Below, in pieces: positions 51,905 to 64,000 of a stretch of 64,000 bases of DNA. Source of the stretch: Callorhinchus milii. Lineage: Eukaryota. The notes below the pieces were generated by a model. The model had not been told where the DNA came from and searched no databases. It was given only the letters and a program-made list of their open reading frames with translations. Location: NCBI RefSeq assembly GCF_018977255.1, contig NW_024704742.1:21144001-21208000 (forward strand), read 5' to 3'. Both the position numbers and the translations under genes were made by a program. Position 1 is the first letter of the stretch. Each line of letters starts with the position of its first letter.

Positions 51905-52170
51905 TCACTGAACTGCAGTGCTCAAAGAATGTTGCATTGTCAGAGATGTCATTCCTTTGAATGAGACACTAAACTGTGATCCCAGCTACCTGTTTAGGTG
52001 GGTGTTGAATACATGAAAATTTTGCAATAGAGAAGGGAGTTTCTCCTGATGTCCTGGCACTTGCCCACAACACACACAGCCACTCCACTTTACAGTATAT
52101 CGTGTGAAGTGATTTGGGACTTCCTCCCTACGTGAAAGGTGCTATACCAAATGTAAGTATTATTATCATA
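51905..52170 (+). mobile_element. DeuSINE-like fragment
   Basis: GCATTGTCAGAGATGTCATTCC...GAGACACTAAACTG...CCTGTTTAGGTGG and tail GTGAAAGGTGCTATACCAAATGTAAG. Confidence 0.65.
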
Positions 52171-52469
52171 ACAGTTCCCACACATAAGTTTGATAATTCA
52201 CCTCCTGTCTGTTTGTAGGATATTGCTGTGTGCATATTGGCTACCATGTTTGCCTGCAAATATACAGTCATTACACAATAATTAAGCAATAATTTCCTGT
52301 AAAGTACTTTGAGAGGTTTCAACATTATAGGAATTATATCAAATGTAAAGATGATGAATTTTAATATTTGAAACATGCTCAGTAAAGACCTGATGCGTGG
52401 ATGCCGACTTGCAATCTTTTTAAATTATAAATAAAATCTGATACCACTGGCCGCCATCCAGTTCTTTGT

Positions 52470-54665
52470 AGGTTTCATCATTACTGGTACCAAACCTTCC
52501 CCCACCTTCATCTCTGACATCTCCAACCTCTCAGCTTCCCTCTGCCTCTGTTCTGAATGCTTCCTCATCTTGGCAACTTCAACCTGCACTTCACTCCTTC
52601 CTTGGTCTGTCTCCACCGACTTTTCCTCTCTCCTTTCCTCTTACAACCTCTCCCTCCATATCCTCTCTGCTGCTCTGGAGTTGTCTGAATTCCTTCCACT
52701 CTGGCCTACCTCCCACACCAACTTATCCTCCTCAGTCACCCTCCTCCACAACTCCTTCTCCACCATTCTCGATGCCCTTGGTGCCGCCGAATGCACTTGG
52801 CTCAAATCTGATTTAACGGTCCACTGGCAGTTCTGACTGGACCACATAAAAACTGACCGCTCCACCCTCACAGCCGCTAAATCATCCTTCTATTCCAAAG
52901 TAATCTTGAAGGCCAAGGACATCCCCAGCCTCCTTTACTCCATTACCAACCACTCTTCCACCCATCCTCCTCGCCCATCCTCTCCTCCAACTCCAACTGC
53001 AAGGAGATGCTGGATTTCCTTGAGACCGAAATCAAGGGAATCCATTCAGCTGCCTCCGCCCTCCCAACCACAACCTCCTCCCCATCTCTCCCTCACACTC
53101 CAGCCCCTACCCATTCTTCCTTCCACACCTCTGAATCTGTCTTCCCCTCCTCTCTCAACACCACTATAAACCGCATGAAACCCATCACCTGCTCCCTCAA
53201 CCCCATCCCTACCCCTCTCCTTACATCCTAGCTCCACCTCCTTGCCCCTTTACTCTCAGACAACTAGTCAACCTCTCCCTGTCAACTGGCACCGTTAAAA
53301 ACAGCTGTCATCACCCCTTCGTAAAAAAACCTTCCCTGGACCCATCACTGCTCACTAACTACTGCCCCATCTCAATATCCCTTTTTTTTAAGGTCCTTGA
53401 AAGAGTTGTTGCTTCCCAGCTTCACTCCTTCCTCTCCTGTCACTCCCTTTACAAACCCCTCCCCACAGCATGGAAACATCAATGTGACAAATGACATTCT
53501 GTCCATCTGTGACCAAGGCTCTGTCTATCTCCTCCTCCTCCTCGACCTCTCTGCTGCCTTTGACACTGTGGACCACTCTATCCTCCCCCATCACCTCTCC
53601 TCTCACCTCAACCTTCAAGGTTCTGTCCTTGGTTCATATCCTATCTCTCATACTGGCTCCACTTTGTCTCCACAAATGGCTTCTCCTCCTGTCCCCGCAC
53701 ATCTCTTGCAGTGTTCTTCAAGGCTCTCGCCTTGGTCCTCTCCTTTTCAACTTGTACATGCTCCCTCTTGTTGACATCATCCGCAGACATGGGGTCAACT
53801 TCCACATGTACGCGAATGACACCCATCTCTATTTCTGCCTCCACCCTTGACTCCAGGACCACTGATGTCATGACAGGCATCAAGTCCTGGATGAGAACTA
53901 AATATCTAGAGTTGAAAGTCAGCAAGACCGAGGCTCTCCTGATTGGCTCACGCCAGCACCTCCACACCTCAGGTCCTGGCAACATCAACATCCACGGATA
54001 CACACTCCACCACACCAAGCTAGTCAGGAACCTAGGCATTCAACCCTCAACTGTCCTTTCCCCCCCACATCCGTGCCATGACCCACACTGTCTTCCCCCA
54101 CCTCCGCAACATTGCCCGACTCCATCATCACTGCCTCACGCCTCAGGCTGCCGAAACCCTCATAAATGACTTTATTACATCCAGGCTCGACTATGCCAAC
54201 CCACTGCTTGTCGACCTTCCCAACTCTCCCCTCCACAAGCTGCAGATCATCCAGAACTCTGCAGCTCGTGTCCTCTTCCCACACCAGGCTCCGTGACCCC
54301 ATCACATTCACCCTCGCCCGGCTCCACTGGCTCCCCATCCCTCAGAGAATCGAGTTCACCTCATCCTCACCATCAAGGCCCTTCATGGCCTTGTCCCCTC
54401 CTACTTCCTCGACCTGCTTATCAACCTGTCCGCCCCCTCTACTCAGCAGGCTCCAGCCTGCTCCATGTCCCCAGCCTCGCCCACCCCACCATTGGTGGTC
54501 GGGCCTTCAACCTCTCTGCCCCACCCTCTGGAACTCCATCCCACTTTCACATCGCTCCCTCCTTTGCCTCCTTCAAGGCACACTTCAAGACCTTCCTCTT
54601 CGATCATGCTTTTGCCACCCTTGTAGCCTCTCGGTCCTCCATGATCCTAAACCCCACCCCCCGCT
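52470..54665 (+). mobile_element. L2-clade LINE, about 2.2 kb degenerate ORF2 (endonuclease end, RT, C-terminus)
   Basis: Frameshifted motifs NFNLH, NYCPIS, LLLLDLSAAFDTVDHSIL, QGSRLGPLLFNLYMLPL, FHMYANDTHLY, ITSRLDYANPLL, KLQIIQNSAAR, LARLHWLPI, FKAHFKTFLF. Confidence 0.95.
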
Positions 54666-55507
54666 TGTAAAAAAAATGGTCTCAGTTATATCAACTATCT
54701 TACAACAACAACTTGCACTTATATAGTGCCCTCCATGCAGGGTAGCGTCTCAGAGTGCTTACATAATCTCATTCACGTCTGCCAATAAAAAAAACAAGGT
54801 GCTGACAGAGATACCTTCTCCAAATGGATAGAGTATGAGAACACTTATTCAATGTTACACTATAATGCATTATGAGAGAGCCTAAAGCATCCCTGATCAA
54901 CATTCTGTAGAGGCTTTGATTTTCGCTTTTGTCACGTTGCAACCGGAGTTTAATGACATTCGAACACTCGATTTCCTGCGATCTACCATGTTGCCATACA
55001 CTATAACGATTTTTTGGTCACTGGGCTCAGAGTCATTTCCTACAGCAGGATTCTCATTCTGCAGTGTTATTAAAGTTTGCACTGCACACATCTGAGTCTA
55101 AGGTTGTGTTTATTTGAGGGGAGAAGGAAAAATGGGATAAGACCAAAAATAGCCATTGTTAATAATCCCTGGTTTTGAAGTTCAGACATGTTTCTCTGAA
55201 ATTAAACCCATTGCCTCTATCCTGTCCATTTTACTGATGACAATCAGATTTTCTTAGACAAAAACATTAATTCTCCTTAAACCCCTTGGGTTTAATCTTT
55301 TCATATTTGATTTCACCTACCTTTATGTTATCTTGATAACATTATATACCTTTACGATAATACCTTTATAACAGTATAAGGTGAGCATAAACTTCCTGTT
55401 TATAGGCATTCCTTAATTGAAGTATCAATCTCCTTAATAGAACTAACAAACACATACAATTGATTACTCGCTTGATGGCTGTTTGTGGGACAATGCTGTG
55501 TGTAAAT

Positions 55508-55843
55508 AATAATAATAATAATAATAATAATAATCCTTGCATTTGATATAGCGTTTTTCACGTCGGGAGGACGTCCCAAAGCGCTTCACAGAACACACTG
55601 TAAAGTGAATTGACTGTATATTTGTGGGCGAACGCGGCAACCAATTGTGCACAGCAATGTCCCACAAACAGTCATATGGATTGAAAATGACCAATTTATT
55701 ATTGTTTTGTTTTTTTGGAGGGATTATTATTAGGCGTGTGGAGTAAAGAAACTTGCCCAAGGTTTCGCCCTCTGCCTGGAATTGAACTCAGGTCTCTCAC
55801 TTGCAAAGCGAATGCTCTAACCACTGAGCTACAGGGCTCCACA
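55508..55843 (-). mobile_element. Young tRNA-Ala-like composite SINE inserted in an older SINE 3' region
   Basis: Full head to (ATT)n tail; host GCTGTGTG|TAAAT|TGGCTG is split with TAAAT duplicated. Confidence 0.95.
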
Positions 55844-57769
55844 AAACAGCCATAAATTGGCTGTTGCTCTTGCCTACAATATACAGAGTCACTACACTTC
55901 ACAATAAATCTGATGAAGCTCTTTGAGATGTACTCCTGATGTGAAAGAATCTATCTCAAATGCAAAGATTATTATAACCACTTATTCCACTTAAGCGAAT
56001 TCTTTGGGAAATTTCTCAAAAGAACAGCCGACTTACAACCAGTGATATTTCCTGTTCTTAATTCTGTGCACTACTAGTTATTAAGAGTATTCAAATTACT
56101 TATAATGCTTAAATAAATCAAAATGACCTCAACTTTGAAACAAAGACTTAACAGATTTATTAGAAGGTTCCTTACAATGTGCCACAGACACTGGGGATGA
56201 TGATAATAATAATAATCTTTACATTTGATATAGTGCCTATCATGTCTTTGAGACGTCTCAAAGCGCTTAACAGGATATACTGTAAAGTGAATTGACTGGA
56301 TTTTGTGGTTGAATTGATCAGTAATATTCATGGGTAAGCCTTATGGAATAGTTTCTTGTACAGGCAAGCTCATGTCAGAGTAGGCAGTGATTTCCTGCAG
56401 ACTGATTATACCTTGACAACATATGCTTTACACGCTTGAGGTGTCCTTAGATGATTGTGTGGCTGCAGATCCTAATATAGTAAACTAAATATACACACTG
56501 AAGGGTCTGAATAAAGAGTTCAACTATAAGTTCATATCCAATTTACTTCCCATCACCCGATCATCATGTAACAAGCTCCAGTTCCACATTTCCTACTTGC
56601 TGAGGAGTTTGTTACATTAGAGAGCACTGCACATTCTCATGATCTTAGCATTTTGGCCGCTGTTTTATCATTTCAGACGCTACAGAATTTTAGATTTTTT
56701 TTGTTTAAATTCTGTCTAAATTTGGAAAACAGTTTGCTGCAGTTCTTTTGGGGGCGCTGTGAAAAATTGCTTTCCAAATTAAGTCTAAACTTTTTCCAAA
56801 ATTCTGCAGTTTTTAATTTTGAAGCCAGTGGTTTTAAGTACAAGAAAAACATTGATCCTCTGCCGGTGTAGAGTAGTCAATGACCATGTTCCTATTTGTC
56901 ATTTATAGCAGCCTCTTTGTCTCCATTGTACCTGTTCCTCAGTCATAAAGAGGAAGGTTGGGCAGGCAGCCTGCATTCAGACCTCTGCCACTGCTCTACT
57001 CCAACCATCTATTAGATTCAGTTATGGTGGATTGTCTTCTAATCTCCTCTCTCACTCCTTGGCGGAAAGTGCCTGTCCTTCCCCAGGTACCTCACAATAG
57101 AGATGCTGCTGAGTCTAATTGCTCAGTGTGCAGAAAATCATGGACCACGAGAACATGTTCCACCATTCTGTGATGCCTCATTGCCCGATACAATGTGAAG
57201 AAAGCTCATGTCAACTACAGCAGCAACAACAACTATTTGCATTTGTGTTGCGTCGTTCATGTGTGGTGGCGTCTCAATTATAAAAGACATTCCATTCAAA
57301 ACTTCCCACTGTTATTGCTCATTTTGTATTTCTTGTCTCACTATCCCACTTTATAAAATGTAAAATAGGACACATTGTTCATAAATTCAATATAGTTCTA
57401 GATGGTTTGAGGGGAGTGAATATCAAGAATATACAGGACCAGAAAAGATTATTGTTTTTTTTTGATTGGTCCTGAATATATATTTTAAGAAATCATATTA
57501 CCACTCGGTCTCTCAAAAACTATCAATCGTTTTTCTTTGCCAAATAGCTATCTCATTCCCTTTTGAATTATCTGACACATCTACTTCCACTGCCTCCAAG
57601 AAACATATTCACTCCAGTCACTCCAGGGCACTGGATAAAACTAGCCTGGTTGTCAGGATTCAAACATGTAAAGGTTTAGTTAATTCACAGCACAGGTGAT
57701 TCCATATAAACTGAGGGTAGCAGTAGGTCTCACTCAAAGAGGCCATGAAAATTAGCCGTGTCAAGCTAG

Positions 57770-58125
57770 TATCAAAGCCTAGCTCAGGTAGTAGCACTCT
57801 CGCCTCTGAGTCAGAAGTTTGTGGGTTCATAACCCCATGTCGGGAATTTGAACTCACGTAGACTAGCCAGTTCCGAGGTCCTATCTGCCTGTTCAGTTGG
57901 CACTACTCGATTGGAGAAGGGAGCTTTTTCCCAATATCCTAGCCAACAAATAAAATTGGGCACTCATTTTATGTCTGTTTATGGAACATTGCTGTTTGCA
58001 ATTTGGCTGTTGCATTCTCCAACAAAATATGCAGTCTCTAGGCATTGACAACAATCATATAAAGCATTTTGGTACATCCCCATTATGAAAAAAGCAACAT
58101 CGAATGCAAGGTTGTTATTATTATG
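57770..58125 (+). mobile_element. DeuSINE-like SINE with internal deletion
   Basis: AGCCTAGCTCAGGTAGTAGCACTCTCGCCTCTGAGTCAGAAGTTTGTGGGTTC head; CATTGCTGTTTGCAATTTGGCTG; AATGCAAGGTTGTTATT tail. Confidence 0.75.
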
Positions 58126-58739
58126 TGGAGTTGTTATAAATTGGTGGAGCAGAGCCTAGGAAACTTGACTTTGCCTGGAAGGACTTGGTTGTGATAATAG
58201 GTACCAAAAGTGAGACAATGTTCAGTTCCCAGTGTTGACATCTGTCAAGGCAATTTATTTAATATTAAGAATTCATCAACTGTAAAACAGGCAGCAAATA
58301 CTGCATTATATAAAAGTTTAAATTTGTTGTTGATTCATGTGGACTCATAAATAAAACTAAACAAAATAAACAATTCTAGTTCACAAAGAACCAATGCTGT
58401 ATAATGCTTCAAAAAGTAATCTGGTCTTTGAACAGTGTTTAATCACTAATAATACTCACAAAAAGATGAAGTGATTTGGCTTTGAAACAATCTATAAACA
58501 CATATGATATGCAGACATGATGAAATCATTAAAACCAAAGGATTGTTGTAAGTTACATTAAGCGTTCAATGCAACATTATCCCACTGTCCACCTGAACAG
58601 CAATTTCATTTAGCTACAGGTGTCATTAAACCAATCAATTCACTTGATTATTTAGGTAGAAAATATTGCAGAGACTGATCTGTTTAAAGGATTACAACAT
58701 GAGATTTATTCAAAGCATTGGACATAGCCAAATAGAATA

Positions 58740-59110
58740 TGAGTCCTGCAGAGCAGTGGTTAAATCACTTGCCTCGAAGTGAGAGGACCCAGGTTCGATT
58801 TCCAGGCAGGGTAAAACCTTAGGGAATTTTCTTTACTCCACATGCCTCTGTTCACCTACCAGTAAGTAGGAACCTGTTTTTTTAGTTGATTGGAGGATGG
58901 CTTTCTCGAGGTAATAAGCACTTTTAAAAAAAATGTGGACACTCAATCTATGATTGTTTGTGAGACGTAGCTGTGCGCAATTGGCTCCTGCGTTTCGCCC
59001 ACAAAATACATAGTCAATTCACCTTACAGTATATTCTGTGAAGCATTTTGCGACTTCTCAATGACGTGTTAAGGCGTTATATTAAACGTAAGGATTATTA
59101 TTATGATTAT
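58740..59110 (+). mobile_element. tRNA-Ala-like composite SINE, older long subfamily
   Basis: GAGTCCTG...GGTTCGATTTCCAGGCAGGG...CCTCTGTTCACCTACCAGTAAGTAGGAACC...GCTGTGCGCAATTGGC...AAGGATTATTATT. Confidence 0.9.
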
Positions 59111-59903
59111 GAACAATAAAGCAGTGAAATTGTTTTGATATCATATGCTCCTGATGGATAAATACTGTATTATTAAAGCAGAAAAAAAATTGTAGCAGAA
59201 CATAAAGGATTATTTGATTTGATAAAAGGTTTTAAACTGTAGTAAAACTGAGGCAGTCATCTGCAGGTGGTTTGATGTGTGGTGCCACTGTGGGATCACG
59301 GAGACTCACTGAAAAACTGTCTCTTTTCCCTCTGCTTGAAGCTGACTTGTGACTCCTGTCACAGTCAGTAAGCAGCAAACTGCAGTTGGCTAGCAACATG
59401 GAAATACTGATCAGCTGCCATTCAGACTTGTTCATTTCCAGGTTATAATATGACAAGAGATTCAAATAAAGATGCTCCCTTTTTATACAGACCCAGGTGT
59501 ATAAACTCTGGAGCCATCGCTTGCTGTTTTCCACAAAAATCTGCCTGAAACCATTGCAATTCTCATCACTGCTACTCTTTCCAGAGCAAATCCTGGGTTA
59601 GATTAAATTACTTTGTATTTTGTTTTGGGCTGAAATTCTGACAGTCATTCATGCTCAGCTGTCCAGACACAATCATGCTGAACCTATGCTGTCTATCCCT
59701 GTTTCATATGTCGCCATGGAGACATGGTCAAGGTGACTACATCAAGGAATGTGCATCTGGAGCCTTCCAAGCTGTTGTTCATTCAAAACTGGCAGAAACT
59801 CAGGAATGGCTGAATCTATTCTCTGCGGGTTTTTTTTTAAAAGNAAAATAAGAGCATAATTTGATCGAGAAATCTGAAAATTCCAGCTGCTGTTAACCGG
59901 AAA

Positions 59904-60073
59904 GATCATTTTGTCATATTTAACTTGGCACAGAATTGTAAAAAATTCTTACATTCAGTCTTAAATCGGAAACTGATTTTCCATAATGCTTGAAAAGAAC
60001 CGGGTTCCAAATTATGTCTAAATTTAAGAATTTTCCACAATTCAGTGCGATCTTAACATTTTAATAAAAAATC
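59904..60073. mobile_element. Palindromic MITE-like element, homolog of 37784-37960
   Basis: GATCATTTTGTC...GCACAGAATTGT...TTCAGTCTTAAAT...TTCCAAATT...TTCCACAATT shared with the 37784 copy. Confidence 0.65.
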
Positions 60074-61469
60074 ACATTTCGTTATCACGTTCGACGACAT
60101 GGTAGCGTGCTATACCAAGCACGAGGATTATCATTATTATTTATTATAATATCATTATTATTTATTGTTATGTTGCCCAGACCCAGCATGAAAGGATTTG
60201 CCAAAATAATCTCAAATCCTTTTCAAAGCACAAATCACATCTAATTCACTAATGCGATGTAGAACAGCAGAGGGGTACGCCAGAACCAATGCACATATTG
60301 GAAGGCCCACAGTGTTCCTTTTTAACATGCTGATTTCCCATTAACTCAGTTCAGCCAACATTTCGTGAAAGATCCAATAAGCAGTTGTAAATAGTGTAGG
60401 CAGTAGGGAACACATCTAGACTCTGGGTAGATCCAGTATATGTCAAGAAATATGTCAAGAAAAGCCAAGTTACCACTGACAGAATATTCCGTGCTCCCAC
60501 ACTCGCCTTGTCTCGCAATTTGTAATGCAAAGAATACCACTGCCTTTGATTTCTGTTTTTTTTTCACCTGTTACTCCTTGCTTCATCGACACACAATCAA
60601 TAGTTTACATAACTGAATATTTTGGATACCTGATGTCTGGACAGTTCTAACATTTTTCAAAGCATAACTAAACGGAGGAGCTTTCCACTTTCTAACTACG
60701 TAATGGGGGCGCACACCAGCTTCCATATTTTTGCTTACCAATTTTTAGTGTAATTCTGGAAGGCATGGATGTGAAGAATGGCACTTACAGCTCCGGTGAT
60801 TTCTCTGTGTTGTTATTTTGCTCTTCAGAAGCCTCAACAATGGCTCTGCAATGTCAAGAATGCCAGAGCACAGCAACTGTGTAAGTAACAGGGATGATTC
60901 TAGAGCAGAATACATACCTCAAACACATTGTAGGACTTGAGCTCTGTTGCGGTGATACAAATTACACACTCCTAAGGGACAATGTGATAAATCGTTTGGT
61001 GATATAACAACATATCAAAAGAATGACATTTTTTTTCCTCAGTGTTCATAACTGAATAACTTTCCATTAATCAGCTGCAACTTTCCCTTCATACACTCTG
61101 CCCAGTCATTTCCAGGACCTAACATTCAGTCTGTGCTCAGAGTTCTGTGACTGGGCTGCTTGTACAATTGCTTCACTCCAGTACACTGCTTTCATTCTGT
61201 GACCCAAAAGTGCAGCTAAGAGCCGCACGCCACAGAGCGCTCTTAAACAATTCCTCTCTACCTTGACGTTATTTAGGTGCCTTTGTAGGAGTGATTGGGA
61301 AACTATAATTAGAGATAGAGTGAAATAGGATGAGGCAGTTAGTTATGTGCTCTGTGGGACCAGCCTATACAGTAACTGAAAGGTTAGGAAAAGCAACACA
61401 ATCTATGATGGATATCAGATAGATGTCAGAGAAAATTCTGTATAAATTAAAATGCTGTTGCAAACCATT

Positions 61470-61878
61470 ATTAATAATAACAATAATAATCCTTACATTT
61501 AGTATAGCGCCTTTCACATCAGGAGGACCGTCCCAAAGTATTTCACAGGATATACTGTAAAGTGGATTGACTGTTTTGTGGGTGAACAAGGCAGCCAATT
61601 TGCACACAGCAACGTCCCACAAACAGCCATGAAGTGAAAGACCAATTCTATTTGGGGGCTCGTCAGACAGGACACCAGGTGAAATTCCCTTCTCTTTGAA
61701 TAGTGCCATGGGTTCTTTAATGTTCGTTTGAAGTGGCACACAAATCTTCAGTTTCAGGTCGCTTCTGAAGGACAGCACCTCCAACAATGCAGCATATCCC
61801 CAGCACTGCATTGGAGTGTCAGAATAGACTATATGAGTTCCAAATCCCGACCTGGGATTTGAACCCACAAAACTCCCT
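61470..61878 (-). mobile_element. DeuSINE-like SINE, best-preserved copy in the window
   Basis: Reverse: GTGGGTTCAAATCCC...CTGACACTCCAATGCAGTGCTGGGG...GGAGGTGCTGTCCTT...TTGCTGTGTGCAAATTGGCTGCC...GTGAAAGGCGCTATA; it accounts for most of ORF 61365-62081. Confidence 0.85.
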
Positions 61879-61957
61879 TTGTGTGTATAGTTATTTAGAA
61901 CATTAATAATCCAGGATACAGAGGGAGGAGGGTTAAAATATTTACATAAATTATTGT

Positions 61958-62365
61958 AGCTGGAAACAGACCATTCAGCCCAACTAGTTGACGCCAGTGT
62001 TATTATTCCACATAACATAACACTGTCCCTCCTAATCCCCTCTCCTATTCCCTTATCTCTCATGTTTCCTCTCAAATACATTGATACTTTCAGAATTTAA
62101 CCTTAGCTTTAGGGCAATGAATTCAACATTCTCACCATCTTTTGCATGAAGAAGTTCCTTCTAAACTCCCTTTTAGATCTACTACAGGAAATCTTATATT
62201 GTATGCCTTTTTTTTGGACAGCAAATTGAAGCATTATATAATTTTAAACACTCTATCAAGTCCCCTCTCAATTGTGTCTCCTCCAAACTGTTTAATCTTT
62301 CTTGAAAGCTGTATCCACTCATCTGGTAACATCCTTGAAAATCTATGCTGTATTCTCTCCAATGT
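61958..62365 (-). mobile_element. Old CR1 3' portion
   Basis: GGAAACAGACCATTCAGCCC terminus, GCAATGAATTCAACATTCTCACC and GGTAACATCCTTGAAAATCT reversed CR1 motifs. Confidence 0.7.
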
Positions 62366-64000
62366 TAGACAACAATAGGTAATCCTAGAATAGATGCAAA
62401 GTTTCATGATTTGGAGAATCTAGAATGAACACAGACTGAATCGCTACTGAAAGTGGATTTTCTTTAAAGACTCATTAAATAAGCATTTTCTTTAATCAAA
62501 TGAGATTAAATTAAACATGAGATTGAATTAAACATTTTTTTAAAACAAATCCCCTCTTTGTGCCTTCTTCAAATTAATATTCAATAGTGAATCAACTCAA
62601 ATGTTATTTTTGAACGTTATCTTACCCCAAACTTCACTCAGTATTGAAAGCTGTTCCATGAAAACAAATGCGTAATTAAAAGGCTGGAAAAGTGTGGGTA
62701 GGCACTGTACTGTTAGGCTGGGATTATGAAATCAAAGCTCCAGTTTATATTGTCACTCTTAGGGAGTTTGAAGTTGGCAGTGCAGAGAAAGCCTTCAAAT
62801 TTAAAATTGTGTAGAATTACAAAAAATTCTTAATCACAGTCTTACTTTGAAAGCTGGTTTTGCACATTCTTTAAAAAGAAGCATCTGCAAACTTACATTT
62901 TAAGATAAAATGGTCTCAAATGGTCTCAAATACAAAATGGTTTAATGCTCGGTGGAATTTGGGTTCTCAGACATTGCAACATTGCAATGTTAAGAATAGC
63001 CAGTAAAATGCTCAATATTATTGTATTGCTACCATTTTAATAAAGACATTCCAAGATTGCGAGAACCATAGCGAGCTTTAATATCAAATAATTAAATTTA
63101 GCTCACTCAGGCTTGGAAACTCAACCATGCCAGCATTTCCATTGGCATCATCAAGACTCATAGATTAAATTATGTATTTTAGAAACACAGCAGAACACAA
63201 TGACTATTGAAGTTTATAATATCGTGAACTTCTTTTGATGAGAAAATGAGATCCAGCTGTCTTTCCAATTCCACAGAAAAACGTGGAAAGACAGCAGGAT
63301 CTCATATTGGAGTACAGTTCTCTCACCTTCTAAAAGCTGAGGAGGATGGGGGAGGGCGGCATTAATGGAATGACCATCAAATCGTCACCAGTGCTGCTCT
63401 TCAGTCAGACACTAGGAGTTACCTAACGGTGGATCATAAATGATTCTCCAGGATCTGGTGCTCCCTCGCTCTAGGTGAAAAGCTTGACCTTCCCTTGGGG
63501 CCTCCCTCATGGCCCTGCACTGTGATCAAGGACATTAGAATACAGGAAATCAAAATGTACCTCTCTATGTCTTCAAAACACACAATACGGTTCCAATAGG
63601 CCACAGGTTCAGGGTTGTCAAGGGAAATTATAGAACAGACACCAGGAATTATTTCTATACATTGGGAGATGAGAGCGATACATGGGATTGATTTAAGAAA
63701 CACTTTGGTACTGTAATAGAAAGATGGTGAAGTTGACATTCGGGAAGGATAAAACCGAATGGACTGAAAGGCCTGTTTTATCCACATCTCTCTTGCGAGC
63801 TTGTGAATATGCAGAAACACTCACCGCTGCCACATTACCATTTTTTTTCTATAAAAAGTTCCAAAGGATTGGCAAGGATAACGTGGGCTGCAGGTTTGGT
63901 ACAAATCCTTGTAGCCAGAGTCAGATGAAAGAACAGCCAATATGTCAACCTATCATCTTTCTTCTGGCATTTCTGTCTGTGTTTCAGAATTTCGGCACTG

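Noticed and set aside
59844..59844. Ambiguous base n
   Set aside because: Assembly uncertainty, not biology.
61365..62081. Longest ORF (238 aa, minus) as a gene
   Set aside because: It runs through a CR1 3' UTR and a DeuSINE-like element; chance open frame.
63434..63820. 128-aa minus ORF with an internal acceptor-like site
   Set aside because: Non-ATG start, no recognisable domain, weak donor; more likely non-coding unique sequence.
1..64000. CRISPR array, operon or other prokaryotic system
   Set aside because: Repeats are dispersed retroposons, not regularly spaced; there is no gene-dense coding sequence.

Overview
Eukaryotic, vertebrate, CpG-depleted non-coding DNA (large intron or intergenic region) dominated by retroposons. 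The repeat content (CR1 and L2 LINEs, DeuSINE/SacSINE1-like SINEs) points to a cartilaginous fish, possibly a holocephalan; this is inference from repeat similarity only. I recognise no host protein-coding gene. The only recognisable ORFs are LINE reverse-transcriptase or endonuclease remnants. Best-supported observations: (1) a young multi-copy composite SINE with a tRNA-Ala-like head, a CORE-like segment, a DeuSINE-type 3' region and an L2-type tail, present as two subfamilies; (2) several nested insertions with target-site duplications, one with a fold-back templated junction; (3) several hairpin or palindromic elements, including a 23-bp stem whose only imperfections are G-U pairs; (4) one candidate 156-nt plus-strand exon; (5) repeat-free blocks that may be regulatory. 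I found no convincing novel gene system. Coordinates of old repeats are approximate.
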